Positions 19,901-31,503 are shown, counted from the stretch's first letter. The stretch: 64,000 nt of DNA from Thermodesulfobacteriota bacterium (GCA_040755455.1 JBFMAY010000005.1:1-64000), one strand, 5' to 3'. Notes: generated by a model not told the origin, from the sequence alone. Numbers and translations are program-made.

Positions 19901-21589
19901 ATGACCATATCTTCGTTGTTGCACATTATCTTTGTTGCCGTGGGCGCGGTCTTTGTCGCTGCCTCGATCTATCTGAATTTCAGGAAAAACAAGGATGTTC
20001 CCCGGGACCTTGCCGGCAGATGGCATCTCATGACCTGCCTGATGGTTTTCTGTCTGGCCGGCTATATCGGCTTTCTCTACCTGCAGATATCCCATCATCT
20101 TTTCTCCCTGGAACTGCTGACCAGCGTTATTTTTCTGGGCGGCGCCTTTTTTGTATTCCAGGTCATCGGCTTATCCATCGAAACCATCCGGCGGATCAAT
20201 GACGCCAATGAGGTTCTTGAAGAACGGGTCAGGCAGCGGACCCGGGATCTGGCCGCAACCAATGAGAAACTCGAGAATGAATTGGAGGAAAGAAACAAGT
20301 TTGAGGCACAAATCAAGGCCTCCCATGCCGAACTTGCGCAGATCTTCAATGCCGCCTCCGCCGGCATGCGGGTCATTGACCACGGCTTTACCGTTATCCG
20401 GGCCAACAGCAATTTTTTGAAAATGGTCGGCCTCGGCATGGAAGAGGTTATCGGTAAAAAGTGTTTTGATATTTTCGGCGGATCGAAATGCCATACCCCC
20501 GATTGTCCGCTTGCCTTGATCAGCAGCGGCGCGCAAGCAGTCGAATATGAGGTTGATAAAACCCTTGCCGGTCATGAGCATATTATCTGCACCCTGACGG
20601 CGGCTCCCTTTTATGGCCCTGACGGCCAGTTGGTCGGCATTGTCGAGGACTTCAAGGATATTACCCTCCGGAAAAAGGCGGAGAAAGAATTCATGGACGC
20701 CTATGCCGAGGCGCAGCATCTGTCTCTGGCGCTGCAGGAGAAGAACCGGGAACTGGAGGAAGGCAACTGGCATCTTGCCGAGGCCCATGCCCAGCTGAAG
20801 GCCGCCCAGTCGCAAATGCTGCAGCGGGAGAAAATGGCCTCCGTGGGTCAGCTTGCCGCGGGCGTCGCCCATGAGATCAACAACCCGGTCGGTTTTGTTA
20901 CCAGCAATCTTTCCACCCTGGCGAAATATATCGACCGGCTGACGGAGTTCATCGACCTGCAGGACAAGGCCGTGGCGGGTGATGGGCAGGGGCAATTGCG
21001 GGAAGCAAGGAGAACGCTCAAGATAGATTACATTGCCGGAGATGCCAAGGACCTGATCAGGGAATCACTGGACGGCATGGACAGGGTGAGCTCCATTGTC
21101 CGGGGGCTGAAAAGTTTTTCCCGGGTTGATGAAGCGCGGAGGCAGGCGGCGGACATCAATGAGTGCCTGGACGCCACGCTGAATATCGTCTGGAATGAAT
21201 TGAAATACAAGGCAACCGTCACGAAAGACTACGGCGATATTCCGCGCACCGTCTGCAATCCCCAGCAGCTGAACCAGGTATTCATGAATTTTCTGGTCAA
21301 CGCCGCCCAGGCCATTGCAAAACAGGGCGAGATACGCATCAGATCGAGATGTGAAAATGACTGGATTCACGTCTCCATTAGCGACACCGGCTGCGGCATT
21401 GCCCCGGAGCACCTCTCCCGGATATTTGAGCCTTTTTTTACCACCAAGGAGGTCGGCAAGGGCACGGGCCTCGGGCTGAGCATCTCCTATGATATCATCA
21501 AAAAGCATGGGGGGGACATCGCCGTGGAGAGTGAACCCGGCTGCGGCACCACCTTTATTGTAAAAATTCCTGTTGTTGCCCAGGGATGA
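19901..21589 (+). CDS. Membrane-bound PAS sensor histidine kinase
   Basis: 3 N-terminal TMs, [23 protein letters not shown]. Confidence 0.93.
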   Translation: MTISSLLHIIFVAVGAVFVAASIYLNFRKNKDVPRDLAGRWHLMTCLMVFCLAGYIGFLYLQISHHLFSLELLTSVIFLGGAFFVFQVIGLSIETIRRINDANEVLEERVRQRTRDLAATNEKLENELEERNKFEAQIKASHAELAQIFNAASAGMRVIDHGFTVIRANSNFLKMVGLGMEEVIGKKCFDIFGGSKCHTPDCPLALISSGAQAVEYEVDKTLAGHEHIICTLTAAPFYGPDGQLVGIVEDFKDITLRKKAEKEFMDAYAEAQHLSLALQEKNRELEEGNWHLAEAHAQLKAAQSQMLQREKMASVGQLAAGVAHEINNPVGFVTSNLSTLAKYIDRLTEFIDLQDKAVAGDGQGQLREARRTLKIDYIAGDAKDLIRESLDGMDRVSSIVRGLKSFSRVDEARRQAADINECLDATLNIVWNELKYKATVTKDYGDIPRTVCNPQQLNQVFMNFLVNAAQAIAKQGEIRIRSRCENDWIHVSISDTGCGIAPEHLSRIFEPFFTTKEVGKGTGLGLSISYDIIKKHGGDIAVESEPGCGTTFIVKIPVVAQG

Positions 21590-21597
21590 GACGTTTT

Positions 21598-23751
21598 TCA
21601 GGCCCGGACGATTTTGCCGTCATGCAGTTTAAAAAGGGAAGGCCCCATATCCGCGGACAGGAGGAGTTTCTGCGCGCCGATGTGAATCTCGCTTCCCAGG
21701 AAGATCTCCTGCGTCACCTCAATGCGGGCATTGTTTAAGGTAAGATCAATGCGGCTGCGCATCTGGCCGATTGCCTCGGCGAGAGTTTTTCGGTGTTTGA
21801 TCAGTTTGTGCAGATTGGTCAGCAGCAGGACAACATTTTCCCTGCCCGCCGCGGGGATGCGGGCAAGAGCGGCCTTTATCTGCACGGGATCGAATGAATC
21901 AAAGGGCAGGCTTCGGGATATTTTGGTGATGTTCCGGGTGCAGGCTGAGAGCTCTTCTTCCAGTTTTTTTAACCCGGCCGCTATCTCCGGGTCAGTGCGC
22001 AGTGCGACAACTGTTCCCGGATTGCCGGGGTTGCCGATGGTGCCTAATCTGATACCTTTTGCCGAACAGATGACGCCGCCTACCGCTCTGCCGCTTTTGG
22101 GGCCCTGCTCCCTGAGGACAACGATAGTGCCGCCGGCGATCAGCATGCAGTTGAAGAGATAGCTGCCGATGGTCACATCGCCCTTGACGATCACCTCCGC
22201 GTCCTGGATATAGCTTGCGCGGAGATTGCCGCGGCTGACGACCTTGCTGTCCTCGCCGATGATCCCCTTGTCCACCGTCACGTTGCCGTTGGCAATGACG
22301 GTCGCCCCGTTCTCGACGGCGCCCATGATGGCAATGTCGCCATCGGATCTGACGGTGAAGCCGGAGATGACCGACCCTTTAATCAGCAGATCGGTCTTTA
22401 CGTTGATATTGCCCGTATGGTAGTCGACATCGCCGGCGATTTCGAATATGTCCCGGACGGAAATGGTGTTTTGGGTGAATCTGACATTGCCGTTTTTTTC
22501 AGCAAAATAGCGGATGACGTTCTCTTGCTGCTCAACCCTGACTCCCTCGCCGATGGTGATTTTTTTGTCAACCCCGGGGGTGGCCTTGATGGTCTTGCCG
22601 AGGAGGGTGCATCCGTCAATGCCTTTTGTCGCCAGGCTCTTTTCGGCAATGAGCGTGCCTTCCGCGATACTGACCACGGCGTTTCGCTCCCGCAGATCCA
22701 GGGAGCCGTTACTGCGCAGGGTTCCCGCTTTCTTTTCCGCATCCAGGGAAAGGGAAAAGGCCGCATGGCGCCCATGCCGGGGCTGCAGGGTTTCCGCCAG
22801 TTTGACGGTGCGGGGCAGGGTGAGGCCCGCAGCCATCTGCGCCACCATATGGTCAATGGCGGCATTGTCGATACATTTTTCATGGACCCCCGCCCGCAGC
22901 AGCATCTCTCTGACCTCGGACGTGGTGGGATACCTGCGGGGAGCAAGCTGGGGAAGAAAGATATAATAGGCGGCCGTCCGGTCGGCTGTCAGCCACACCG
23001 GGGGGAGAACGGACAGGGTGTTTTGCTCAACGAGGAGGTAGCCATAGGCCGTTGCCTCGTAGCCCCCGGCTTTTTCGTTAAACCTTACATGGTCACCGGC
23101 CTCGGGCACGGGCGCGGTAATACATTCGATTTCATGGCCGAGAACGTCCCGGCCGGGTTGCGCATGGACGTTCTCCACCAGTTCTAGGAATAGTTCCCCG
23201 GCATTCACCGCCTTGACCGTGAGCGCGTGGGAATGAACCGAGAGCAGGTCTGGCGCGGAAAAGAGATCCCGCAGGCCGGCGCAGTCGAGCCCCTCCGCCG
23301 CCTGGTCCACCGTATTTCCTGCGGCCGGGTTATCTTTTAAAAAGGGAAATCTAACCCTGCGTCTAATGCCCGGCGGAGTTCCGCGGGCGATGAAAAATTC
23401 CCCCGTCCTTTCCGGCGACCGGGAAGTCTCCTCCACCTTTTGCAGCGCACCGGGGCTGATGCCGTGCATGACGCCGGCTTGTGCCAGGGCAAGCTTGATT
23501 CTGTCGGCCGATATCGGTTCTCCGCCCGTGAGCACGATGGTAACGGACATATGGTCAGGGGCCAGGAGCAGCTCCTTGCCCTGCCACGCCTTTATCGTCT
23601 GCAGGGAGTCATCAAGGGTGGCCTTGAGATTCTGCCGGTCCTGGGCGGAGGGCGGCGTTTTTTGCTCTTCCTCCGGTTTCCCGTCAAGGTCAAGAGCCTG
23701 CAGAAAGGCGTCTTCCAGGGATTCGAAGGATTTCTTCTTGGCGGGACTCAC
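21598..23751 (-). CDS. fapA: FapA family (DUF342) flagellar-associated protein
   Basis: G.lDLRE, I.GDVDYHTGNI, G.V..GFTV...GDI beta-helix, coiled-coil C-terminus. Confidence 0.82.
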   Translation of the reverse strand: MSPAKKKSFESLEDAFLQALDLDGKPEEEQKTPPSAQDRQNLKATLDDSLQTIKAWQGKELLLAPDHMSVTIVLTGGEPISADRIKLALAQAGVMHGISPGALQKVEETSRSPERTGEFFIARGTPPGIRRRVRFPFLKDNPAAGNTVDQAAEGLDCAGLRDLFSAPDLLSVHSHALTVKAVNAGELFLELVENVHAQPGRDVLGHEIECITAPVPEAGDHVRFNEKAGGYEATAYGYLLVEQNTLSVLPPVWLTADRTAAYYIFLPQLAPRRYPTTSEVREMLLRAGVHEKCIDNAAIDHMVAQMAAGLTLPRTVKLAETLQPRHGRHAAFSLSLDAEKKAGTLRSNGSLDLRERNAVVSIAEGTLIAEKSLATKGIDGCTLLGKTIKATPGVDKKITIGEGVRVEQQENVIRYFAEKNGNVRFTQNTISVRDIFEIAGDVDYHTGNINVKTDLLIKGSVISGFTVRSDGDIAIMGAVENGATVIANGNVTVDKGIIGEDSKVVSRGNLRASYIQDAEVIVKGDVTIGSYLFNCMLIAGGTIVVLREQGPKSGRAVGGVICSAKGIRLGTIGNPGNPGTVVALRTDPEIAAGLKKLEEELSACTRNITKISRSLPFDSFDPVQIKAALARIPAAGRENVVLLLTNLHKLIKHRKTLAEAIGQMRSRIDLTLNNARIEVTQEIFLGSEIHIGAQKLLLSADMGPSLFKLHDGKIVRA

Positions 23752-23802
23752 GCTGGGCTCCGGTAAACAGGGTCGGCGGATATTTTCAGCCGTCTTGTGT
23801 CC

Positions 23803-24804
23803 TTAAATGGCCGCCAGAACATCATCAAGCGACGCCTCGATATCATCAAAGTTTTCCTGAAACCTGCAGTCATGAATGCCGATGGCAGCCTGACTGGCAA
23901 AGCTGACCAGGGTCCTGAGTTTATTTTCGTGGAAAGGCGTCTCACCATTCTTTTTTGCCACCAGGGCTCCGAATTTTTTGCCGCCTTTACGGACCGGCAC
24001 GGCGACATAGCTGTATTGCCCGATCAGGGTGGCCGGATTTCCCGGCGCATCCATGGTCATGGCCAGTTGCACCGCCTCGGCAAGCGCCTGCTGGTTGTCC
24101 GAGTCCAGCCGTTCGTCAAAATTGATGGCCGCCGCGGGCAGGGGCTCCGGCCGGTCATCGTCGGTCTTCAGAAAGAAGGCGCAGCCCGCAACGGCGGTGA
24201 CGTCATGGACCACGGCGAGTATGGTCTGCAGCAGGTCGCTTAGGGGATGAACCTCCATCAGATACTGCTGGATCCGGTCCCTGCCCTCCAGTTCCCGGAT
24301 AATCTGCCGCAAGGCCCTGGTCCTTTCCGCCACTTTCTGTTCAAGGGAGGCATTGAGCTCAACCAGGGCGAGATTGTTTTTTTCCAGCTCCGAGGTCAAT
24401 CTTCTGTTCTGATGAATCAGTTCAGACAGCAGAACCGCGTCCTTGACGGCAAGCTTGAGTTCCTCGTCGTTCCATGGTTTCAGGATATAGCGGTATATCC
24501 CGCCCTGGTTGATGGACTCCATGGCGGCGTTGATATCGGCATAACCGGTGAGCACCATGCGGATGCTGTCCGGCAGAATTTTTCTGGCCCTGGCCAGAAA
24601 TTCGGCGCCGCCCATGCCGGGCATGCGCTGATCGGAGATGATGACGGTCGGTTTTTCTCCGGCATTCAGCAGATCAAGGGCTTCCTGGCCGCCCCCGGCG
24701 GTGAGGACATGGTAATTATCATCCAGGAAGATCCGGCGCAAGGCCTTTAAAATGCTTTTTTCATCATCGACAAAGAGTATGGTGTGAATAGTGCTTTCGT
24801 TCAT
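23803..24804 (-). CDS. Response regulator with GAF domain
   Basis: REC (FVDDE, SDQRMP, KPW) + coiled coil + GAF (AVPV...FGAL...FASQAAIGI). Confidence 0.88.
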   Translation of the reverse strand: MNESTIHTILFVDDEKSILKALRRIFLDDNYHVLTAGGGQEALDLLNAGEKPTVIISDQRMPGMGGAEFLARARKILPDSIRMVLTGYADINAAMESINQGGIYRYILKPWNDEELKLAVKDAVLLSELIHQNRRLTSELEKNNLALVELNASLEQKVAERTRALRQIIRELEGRDRIQQYLMEVHPLSDLLQTILAVVHDVTAVAGCAFFLKTDDDRPEPLPAAAINFDERLDSDNQQALAEAVQLAMTMDAPGNPATLIGQYSYVAVPVRKGGKKFGALVAKKNGETPFHENKLRTLVSFASQAAIGIHDCRFQENFDDIEASLDDVLAAI

Positions 24805-24862
24805 GGTGTGACTCCGGTAGCAGCCAATATGTTGTTGCTTCTTGCGGTTTATTTAAGGGCAG

Positions 24863-25678
24863 TCAGACCGGGACCAGAAAGAGAATGATGCCCTGCTGGG
24901 AATCCGAGTCATTCATTGCAACGCCATTGACCAGGTACGTCCGGTGATTGATCTCCGGGTGGATGGACATGATTTCATCGCCGGCAATGGACCTGACGAA
25001 TGAACAGATGCCGTCCGGCAGGGCCTTGTCCATCGGCAGGCCGGTCAGCGAAGCCCCTTTTGCCGCAAAAATCCGGTCAGACATCCTGTTGCTCTGCACG
25101 ATGAGGCCGTCCGGGTCAATGCCCAGCACGGCGGCAGGCAGGCAGTGCAGCACATTCTGGGAGAACTGCAGCACCTTGTTCTGGAACAGGATGTCGTTTG
25201 TCCGTTCCCTGACTATCTCCTCCAGACTCTGGTTGATTATGCCGAGTTCTTCGTTTTTCTGGCGCAGTTCGTCCGCCAGCCTTTCGTTTTGCCGGTTGAG
25301 GAAATAGACTTCCAGCGCCTTGGCGATGGTCACCTTTAATTCATTGTCGTCCCACGGTTTGGCGATGAATTTGTAGATTTGGCCCTCATTGATGGCGGCA
25401 ACGATGGTGGCCGTATCCGCATAGCCGGAGAGAACGATGCGGATCGTTTTCGGCCATTTTTCGCAGACCCTTTTGAGAAAGTCCACCCCGTCCATGGACG
25501 GCATTCGGTAGTCGGAGAGGATCAGCTGCACGGGATATTCCTTTTCCAAAACCGCCAGACCATCCTCCCCTGATGGGGCGGTGATGATCTCATAGTCCTC
25601 GTCAATAAAAAGCCTTCTGAGGGCGCGGAGGACATTGGGTTCGTCGTCCACGCAGAGGATTTTGACATGCTCAGACAT
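24863..25678 (-). CDS. Response regulator with C-terminal PAS-like domain
   Basis: REC (CVDDE, SDYRMP, KPW) + LPAAVLGIDPDGLIVQSN PAS start. Confidence 0.88.
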   Translation of the reverse strand: MSEHVKILCVDDEPNVLRALRRLFIDEDYEIITAPSGEDGLAVLEKEYPVQLILSDYRMPSMDGVDFLKRVCEKWPKTIRIVLSGYADTATIVAAINEGQIYKFIAKPWDDNELKVTIAKALEVYFLNRQNERLADELRQKNEELGIINQSLEEIVRERTNDILFQNKVLQFSQNVLHCLPAAVLGIDPDGLIVQSNRMSDRIFAAKGASLTGLPMDKALPDGICSFVRSIAGDEIMSIHPEINHRTYLVNGVAMNDSDSQQGIILFLVPV

Positions 25679-26537
25679 CGTCCTCGCCCTCCATGTCCCA
25701 TGCCTCAAGCAGCAGGGCGTAACTGCTTCTTATTGCGTCGGCGAGGGTATTGATCTGGCTGCGTTTGATGTTGAGTGACTGCCAGACGATCTTGGGAATT
25801 TCCTCCCTGGTCGGGTTGGTGCTCATGCCCAGATGGAGCGCCTTCGCCATCTGGTTGCCGAGAAAAAGGGCGCGGATGAGGTCTTTGAGCTGGGGATCGA
25901 TCTTTGCCGTCTTTAACTGCGGTTCATGGTGGTACTTCACCGCCTGGATAATATTGTCCGGGAACTTCCAGCTGTCGAGCAATTGGGAACCCAAGCGCTG
26001 ATGGTTGCACCCCATCACTTCCATTTCCGCGTCGCCCTCGGGTATATGACGGTCCCGGATGAGAAGGAGGGTCTTTTCGTAATCGGCAGGCAGGGCATTG
26101 ATGAAGACAATCTTGCCGATATCGTGCAGGATGCCGAATAAAAAGGCCTCTTCGCCAAGCTTTTTGTACAGGTTCTCGGTGATGATTTTCGCGGCCACGG
26201 CGCAGCCGAGACTGTGCAGCCAGAGCCCTTTGACATCAATGGGTGAGCCGGGACGCTCTTTGAAGAGGGCATAGATCGATACGCTGAGCGCCAGATTCTT
26301 GACCGTGTTGAAACCGAGAATCATCACCGCCTTGTTAAGGGTGGTCACCTGTTTCTGCAGCCCGTAGAAGGCTGAATTGGCAAGCCGTAAAATCTTTGCC
26401 GCCAGGGCGGTGTCTTCGGCGATGATCTCGCCGAGCAGCTGGGCGTTCAGCGCCTCGTTCCGCATTTCCATATTGATTCTGCTGGCAACGGCCGGCAGGG
26501 TGGGTAGATCACCCATCTGGCTGATTAAATTCTGCAT
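25671..26537 (-). CDS. HDOD domain protein
   Basis: LPTLP, D.ALAAKILRLANSAFYG, AV.ILG, W.HS, GILHDIGK, W.FP...AV.YHH. Confidence 0.93.
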   Translation of the reverse strand: MQNLISQMGDLPTLPAVASRINMEMRNEALNAQLLGEIIAEDTALAAKILRLANSAFYGLQKQVTTLNKAVMILGFNTVKNLALSVSIYALFKERPGSPIDVKGLWLHSLGCAVAAKIITENLYKKLGEEAFLFGILHDIGKIVFINALPADYEKTLLLIRDRHIPEGDAEMEVMGCNHQRLGSQLLDSWKFPDNIIQAVKYHHEPQLKTAKIDPQLKDLIRALFLGNQMAKALHLGMSTNPTREEIPKIVWQSLNIKRSQINTLADAIRSSYALLLEAWDMEGEDDV

Positions 26538-26667
26538 AGTGATGATGCCTTTACCTGAAACTCAACTTGCTGATTTGCGGTGTGCTCCAGGAGACAGGAG
26601 ACTGAATAACTGATTATGGATCTTTGTCTTTTATTCCTTCTCCTGACTTCTGGCTCCTGGTATTCTC

Positions 26668-28323
26668 TTACGCTGTTTCCTCGGCAACCGGCAGCGTCAC
26701 GGTAAAAGTCGTGCCACTGCCGACCTCGCTTTCCACGGTGATGGTGCCGTTGTGTTTTTTTATGATGTCGTATGCGATGCTCATGCCCAGGCCTGTTCCC
26801 TTGCCCACTTCCTTGGTGGTGAAAAACGGATCAAAAATCCTGGAAAGGTTCTGTTGGGCAATACCGCATCCCGTATCGGCGATCGAGATCAGAACGCTGT
26901 CTTTTTCCCGCCAGGTCCTGATGCTTATGCTGCCCTTTGTCTCCATGGCCTGGGCCGCATTGACCAGGATATTCATGAAAACCTGGTTCAGCTGCTGGGC
27001 GGAACCCTGGACCCGCGGCAGGTCACCGTACTCCCTGTTGATCTCCGCCTTGTACTTCAGCTCATTGCGGATGATGTTCAGGGTGGTTTCAAGGCAGTCG
27101 TTGATGCTGGTCAGGCCTGTCGCATTGTCGTCCACCCTGGAAAAATTTTTCAGATTCTGGACAATTACCCTGACTCTTTCCGCGCCGTCACGTGATTCCG
27201 CGATCAGGGCGGGAATATCTTTGATGAGGTAATCAATTTTCAGATTTTTACGCTGGTCCCGCAGTTCGGCCATGGCCTTTTCATTCTGCAAACCGGTAAT
27301 AAACGTATCCTGCAACGCCATGAACCGGGTCAATTTTTCCAGATAATTGTCGAGAGTGGAGAGGTTGCTGGAGATAAAGCCCATGGGATTGTTTATTTCA
27401 TGGGCGACACCCGCGGCGAGCTGACCGATGGAGGCCATTTTTTCCTGCTGGACGATCTGGGTCTGGGTCTGTTTCAGTTCATTGTATGCCTGCGCGAGCT
27501 GCCGGTTGGTTTTTTCCAGCAGGAGTCTTTCTTCCTGCAGAGAGATTTCCAGTTCCTTTTTCCTGGTGATGTCCCGTGATACATGGATGACCTCTATCAC
27601 CTTGCCGGCTGTGTCCATGATGGGTGAGACGGTTATTTCCATGTAGGATTTCTTTCCCCGGCAGTCGTAATGGACATGCGCGGCAGAGGCATGGCTGCCG
27701 GTGGCAAGGGTCTCCCGGATGGGGCATGAGTGCTCGGGGGCGGTGCAGGGAGCGGCCAGATGATGGGTCACGGCATAACAGGGGCTGCCGATCACCTCAT
27801 GCTCGGTCAGACCCGTTTCCCGGACAAACACCTTGTTAGCGCTGACAATGGAGAAATCCCTGATGTTGATAATGGCGATGGACTCATTGATGCCATCGAG
27901 GATGATCCTGGGCAGTTCGTTGAGGTGCCGGATCTCCTCCTGCAGCCGTTTTTTTTCCAGCAATGCCTCGATTCTGGGGAGAACGATCTCCATACTGAGA
28001 GGTTTCTGAAAATAGCCTTCCGCGCCCTGATGCAGGGCATCGATAACCGTGTCCGTCGATGTGTCGCCGGTGATAATGATGCAGAGCAGCCGGGGATGAT
28101 TTTTTTTTAGATCTCTGATCAGTTCGGTGCCCCAGGTGTCAGGCAGCATCATGTCGACCAACGCCATATCCGGCTGGTTGCGGCTGACGAATTGCAGGGC
28201 CTCCGCGCCTGTTCCGGCCACGGACACGGCATAGCCATGCCATTCAAGGATTTCTTTCAGGGTATCCCTGACTGTACGTTCGTCATCAATGATCAGCAGA
28301 TGGGACTTGTCGTTCATATGCAT
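26668..28323 (-). CDS. REC-PAS histidine kinase
   Basis: REC (IIDDE, DMMLP, KP), [12 protein letters not shown], HATPase; start uncertain (28317-28395). Confidence 0.9.
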   Translation of the reverse strand: MHMNDKSHLLIIDDERTVRDTLKEILEWHGYAVSVAGTGAEALQFVSRNQPDMALVDMMLPDTWGTELIRDLKKNHPRLLCIIITGDTSTDTVIDALHQGAEGYFQKPLSMEIVLPRIEALLEKKRLQEEIRHLNELPRIILDGINESIAIINIRDFSIVSANKVFVRETGLTEHEVIGSPCYAVTHHLAAPCTAPEHSCPIRETLATGSHASAAHVHYDCRGKKSYMEITVSPIMDTAGKVIEVIHVSRDITRKKELEISLQEERLLLEKTNRQLAQAYNELKQTQTQIVQQEKMASIGQLAAGVAHEINNPMGFISSNLSTLDNYLEKLTRFMALQDTFITGLQNEKAMAELRDQRKNLKIDYLIKDIPALIAESRDGAERVRVIVQNLKNFSRVDDNATGLTSINDCLETTLNIIRNELKYKAEINREYGDLPRVQGSAQQLNQVFMNILVNAAQAMETKGSISIRTWREKDSVLISIADTGCGIAQQNLSRIFDPFFTTKEVGKGTGLGMSIAYDIIKKHNGTITVESEVGSGTTFTVTLPVAEETA

Positions 28324-28647
28324 AGCGTAGTCTTTCCCCGGGTTGCCGGGAGAACAGGGTGTGATTGGATATCCCGCCAGGAACTCTCCTAACATACTGG
28401 CATGGATCCGTGGTAAATATCAAGCAAATAAATGCGTTAGTATCGGCCCGGCGAACAGGCCAAGAGAAATGAAAAAGAAACCGTTTGACATCTGCCGTCG
28501 CGAATATGATACATAATAAAATATGTTATGCGCAGATGAAAGTCCCATTGGGCCGGGAAACGGAAAAATGCGGTGAAGCCATGGCCTGCGGCGAAAATCC
28601 ATCCCGGCTCCGCCGGTCATAAATACAGGGGGAAAGAAGGCGTGACT

Positions 28648-31503
28648 ATGAGCGCGGGCCGGCCGGCACGGGCAAACACCCCGGAGGGTAGCGGGAGCAA
28701 TGAACCCCGGTATTTCCCCTGGTGGCTGGTAATGATGTTTGTTGCCGGCCTGCTGATTCTGCTTACGGCCGGCGTCTGGTTTTATCGCAGCCAGGAACGG
28801 CACCTGCGGGCCGGGGCTGAGGAGGATCTCGCAGCCATCGCCCGGCTGAAGGTGGCGCAGATCGCCCAATGGCGGGCCGAGCGGCTGGGGGATGCCGCAG
28901 TTGTTGCCGAAAGCCCATTTGTCGCCGGTGCGCTTAGGCAATGGCTGTCTGACCCCCAACCCGACCTGAGCGGAAACATTCAGGTCCATTTCCGTTCCCT
29001 GCAGAAACATTACCAATACCGGGATGTTCTGCTGGTGGGTGCTGACGGCCGGGTGCAATTGAGTCTCACCGGCGGGACTGGTCAGCTCCATGAGGATGGG
29101 TTACGGTGTCTGGCCGAGGCCTTTTCCCGGCGGCGGCCCGTGCTGAGCGACCTGCACAGCGGCCCCGCCGACCTGCCGCCCCACACGGATGTCATTGCCC
29201 CGCTTTTTGCCGGTGAGGCCGGGACAGGGGGGCCCGCGGGCGCGGTTGTCCTGCAGAGCGACGCCCGCCAGTTCCTCTATCCCATGATCGAAACCTGGCC
29301 CGGGCAGAGTCCCAGCGCCGAAACCCTGCTCGTCCGCCGTGACGGGGACTCGGTGCTCTTTCTCAATGAACTGCGCCACCGCAGGGACACGGCGTTTAAA
29401 CTGCGCATACCGCTCAGCCGCACCGGTGTGCCGGCGGTCATGGGGGGGCTGGGCGGAGAAGGGGTCCTGCAGGGTTTGGACTATCGCGGGGTGGAGGTGT
29501 TGTCCGCCGTGCGCGCCGTGCCCGATTCCCCCTGGTTTATCGTGGCCAAGATCGATGCGGCTGAGGTTTTTTATACCTGGCGTTCCATCTCGCTGCTCAT
29601 CATGCTGCTGATCCTGGCGGTCCTGGCCGCCTCGGTGACCGGCGTGGCCATTGTCTGGCAGCGCCGGGCCAAGGTTCATTACCGTGAGCTTTTTCAGGCA
29701 AACGCCGGGCAGCTGGAGAACCAGGAGAAACTCCAGGCCGCCATGCGGGAGGTCGCCGCAAGAAACGATATCGCCCAGGTCTTTCTCACCGTTGCCGATG
29801 ACGAGATGTACGCGAAGGTCCTCTCCATCATCCTTGACGCCCTGGAGAGCCGATTGGGGGTGTTCGGCTATCTGGATGAGGCGGGAAACTTCGTCGCGCC
29901 GACGATGACGGGGATGGTGTGGGACAAGTGCCTGATGTCGGATAAAAGGTACTTCTTCGCCCGCGAAACCTGGAGCGGCAGTGAGGGCAGCTGGCCGCGG
30001 GCCATACGCGAGAAGCGGACGATCTGGAGCAATGAACCTGCGACCGGCATCCCGGCCGGCCACCTGCCGATAATACGACATATTTCCATGCCGCTCATCC
30101 ATCAGGACCGGGTGGTGGGCCTCATCCTGGTGGCAAACAGCGATACGGACTACACGGCCGGGGATGTGGCGCTCCTTGATACCCTTGGCCGGGCCATCGC
30201 GCCGGTGCTCGACGCGAGGCTCAGGGCTGAGTGGACCGAGAATGCCCGCCGGCGGGGGGAGGATCTTATCCATACCCGGCTAAGCATGGTGGAATTTGCC
30301 GCATCCCATGGTCTTGATGAGCTGCTTGAGAAAATTCTGGACGAAGTGGAGACCTTGACCGGCAGTTGCATCAGCTTCTATCACTTTGTGGAGCGTGACC
30401 AGAAAACGCTTACCCTGCAGGCCTGGTCGACCCGGACCCGCACGGAATTCTGCAAGGCGGAAGGACAGGGGCTGCATTACAGCATCGATCAGGCCGGGGT
30501 CTGGGTGGACTGCGTTCGGCAACGGCAGCCGGTGATCCATAACGACTATGCCTCGCTGCCGCATCGCAAGGGAATGCCGCCTGGTCACGCAGAGGTCGTG
30601 CGGGAGCTGGTGGTGCCGATCATGCGGGCGGGATGGGTGGTGGCCATCCTCGGCATCGGCAACAAGTCCGCTGATTACACTCAAAAAGATGTGGAAATCG
30701 TCTCTTACCTGGCGGATGTCGCCTGGGAAATCACCGAGCGGAAGATGGCGGAGGAGGAAGTCCGCAGGCTCAACGGCGAGCTGGAGCAGCGCGTGACCGA
30801 GCGTACCCGCGAGCTGCGGGAGGCCCAGGAGAAACTCCTCCGGCAGGAACGGCTGGCCGCGGTGGGCCAGCTGGCGGGCGGCCTTGGCCATGAGCTGCGC
30901 AAACCCCTGACCGTCATGGCCAATGCCGTCTATTACCTGCGCCTGATCCAGCCTGGCGCGGAAGGAAAGGTGAAGGAATACCTGGGTATTCTGGAAAACG
31001 AGGTGTTTGCCGCTGAAAAAATCATCAGCGATCTGCTGGATTTTTCCCGGATCAAATCCGTGGACCGCACGGCGGTTATCCCCGCCGAACTGGTAACGCG
31101 AACCCTGGAACGCTTTCCGGCGCCGGAGAATATCACCGTGCGGCTGGATATTCCCGCCGACCTGCCGCCTGTCCATGTCGACCCGCATCAGATGATCCAG
31201 GTGCTGGGCAATTTGGTGGTGAATGCCTGCCAGGCTATGTCCGGCCGGGGCGCACTGACCGTTGCCGCCTGCCGGGACAAGGAGATGGTTGCCGTGGCCG
31301 TAACGGATACGGGTCCGGGTATCGCGGCCGAGAATATGGTCAGACTCTTTGAACCGCTCTTTACCACCAAGGCGCGCGGCATCGGGCTGGGACTTGCGGT
31401 GAGCAGGAAGCTGGCGGAGGCCAACGGCGGCCGGATCGAGGCCAGGAATAATACGGGCCGGGGCGCGACCTTCACCGTTTTTCTGCCGGTCCGGCCGGAG
31501 TGA
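28648..31503 (+). CDS. Membrane sensor histidine kinase (Cache-like periplasmic domain, 2x GAF)
   Basis: TM...DYRGVEVL...TM, two GAF domains, GLGHELRKP H-box variant, LFTTKARGIGLGL. Confidence 0.88.
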   Translation: MSAGRPARANTPEGSGSNEPRYFPWWLVMMFVAGLLILLTAGVWFYRSQERHLRAGAEEDLAAIARLKVAQIAQWRAERLGDAAVVAESPFVAGALRQWLSDPQPDLSGNIQVHFRSLQKHYQYRDVLLVGADGRVQLSLTGGTGQLHEDGLRCLAEAFSRRRPVLSDLHSGPADLPPHTDVIAPLFAGEAGTGGPAGAVVLQSDARQFLYPMIETWPGQSPSAETLLVRRDGDSVLFLNELRHRRDTAFKLRIPLSRTGVPAVMGGLGGEGVLQGLDYRGVEVLSAVRAVPDSPWFIVAKIDAAEVFYTWRSISLLIMLLILAVLAASVTGVAIVWQRRAKVHYRELFQANAGQLENQEKLQAAMREVAARNDIAQVFLTVADDEMYAKVLSIILDALESRLGVFGYLDEAGNFVAPTMTGMVWDKCLMSDKRYFFARETWSGSEGSWPRAIREKRTIWSNEPATGIPAGHLPIIRHISMPLIHQDRVVGLILVANSDTDYTAGDVALLDTLGRAIAPVLDARLRAEWTENARRRGEDLIHTRLSMVEFAASHGLDELLEKILDEVETLTGSCISFYHFVERDQKTLTLQAWSTRTRTEFCKAEGQGLHYSIDQAGVWVDCVRQRQPVIHNDYASLPHRKGMPPGHAEVVRELVVPIMRAGWVVAILGIGNKSADYTQKDVEIVSYLADVAWEITERKMAEEEVRRLNGELEQRVTERTRELREAQEKLLRQERLAAVGQLAGGLGHELRKPLTVMANAVYYLRLIQPGAEGKVKEYLGILENEVFAAEKIISDLLDFSRIKSVDRTAVIPAELVTRTLERFPAPENITVRLDIPADLPPVHVDPHQMIQVLGNLVVNACQAMSGRGALTVAACRDKEMVAVAVTDTGPGIAAENMVRLFEPLFTTKARGIGLGLAVSRKLAEANGGRIEARNNTGRGATFTVFLPVRPE

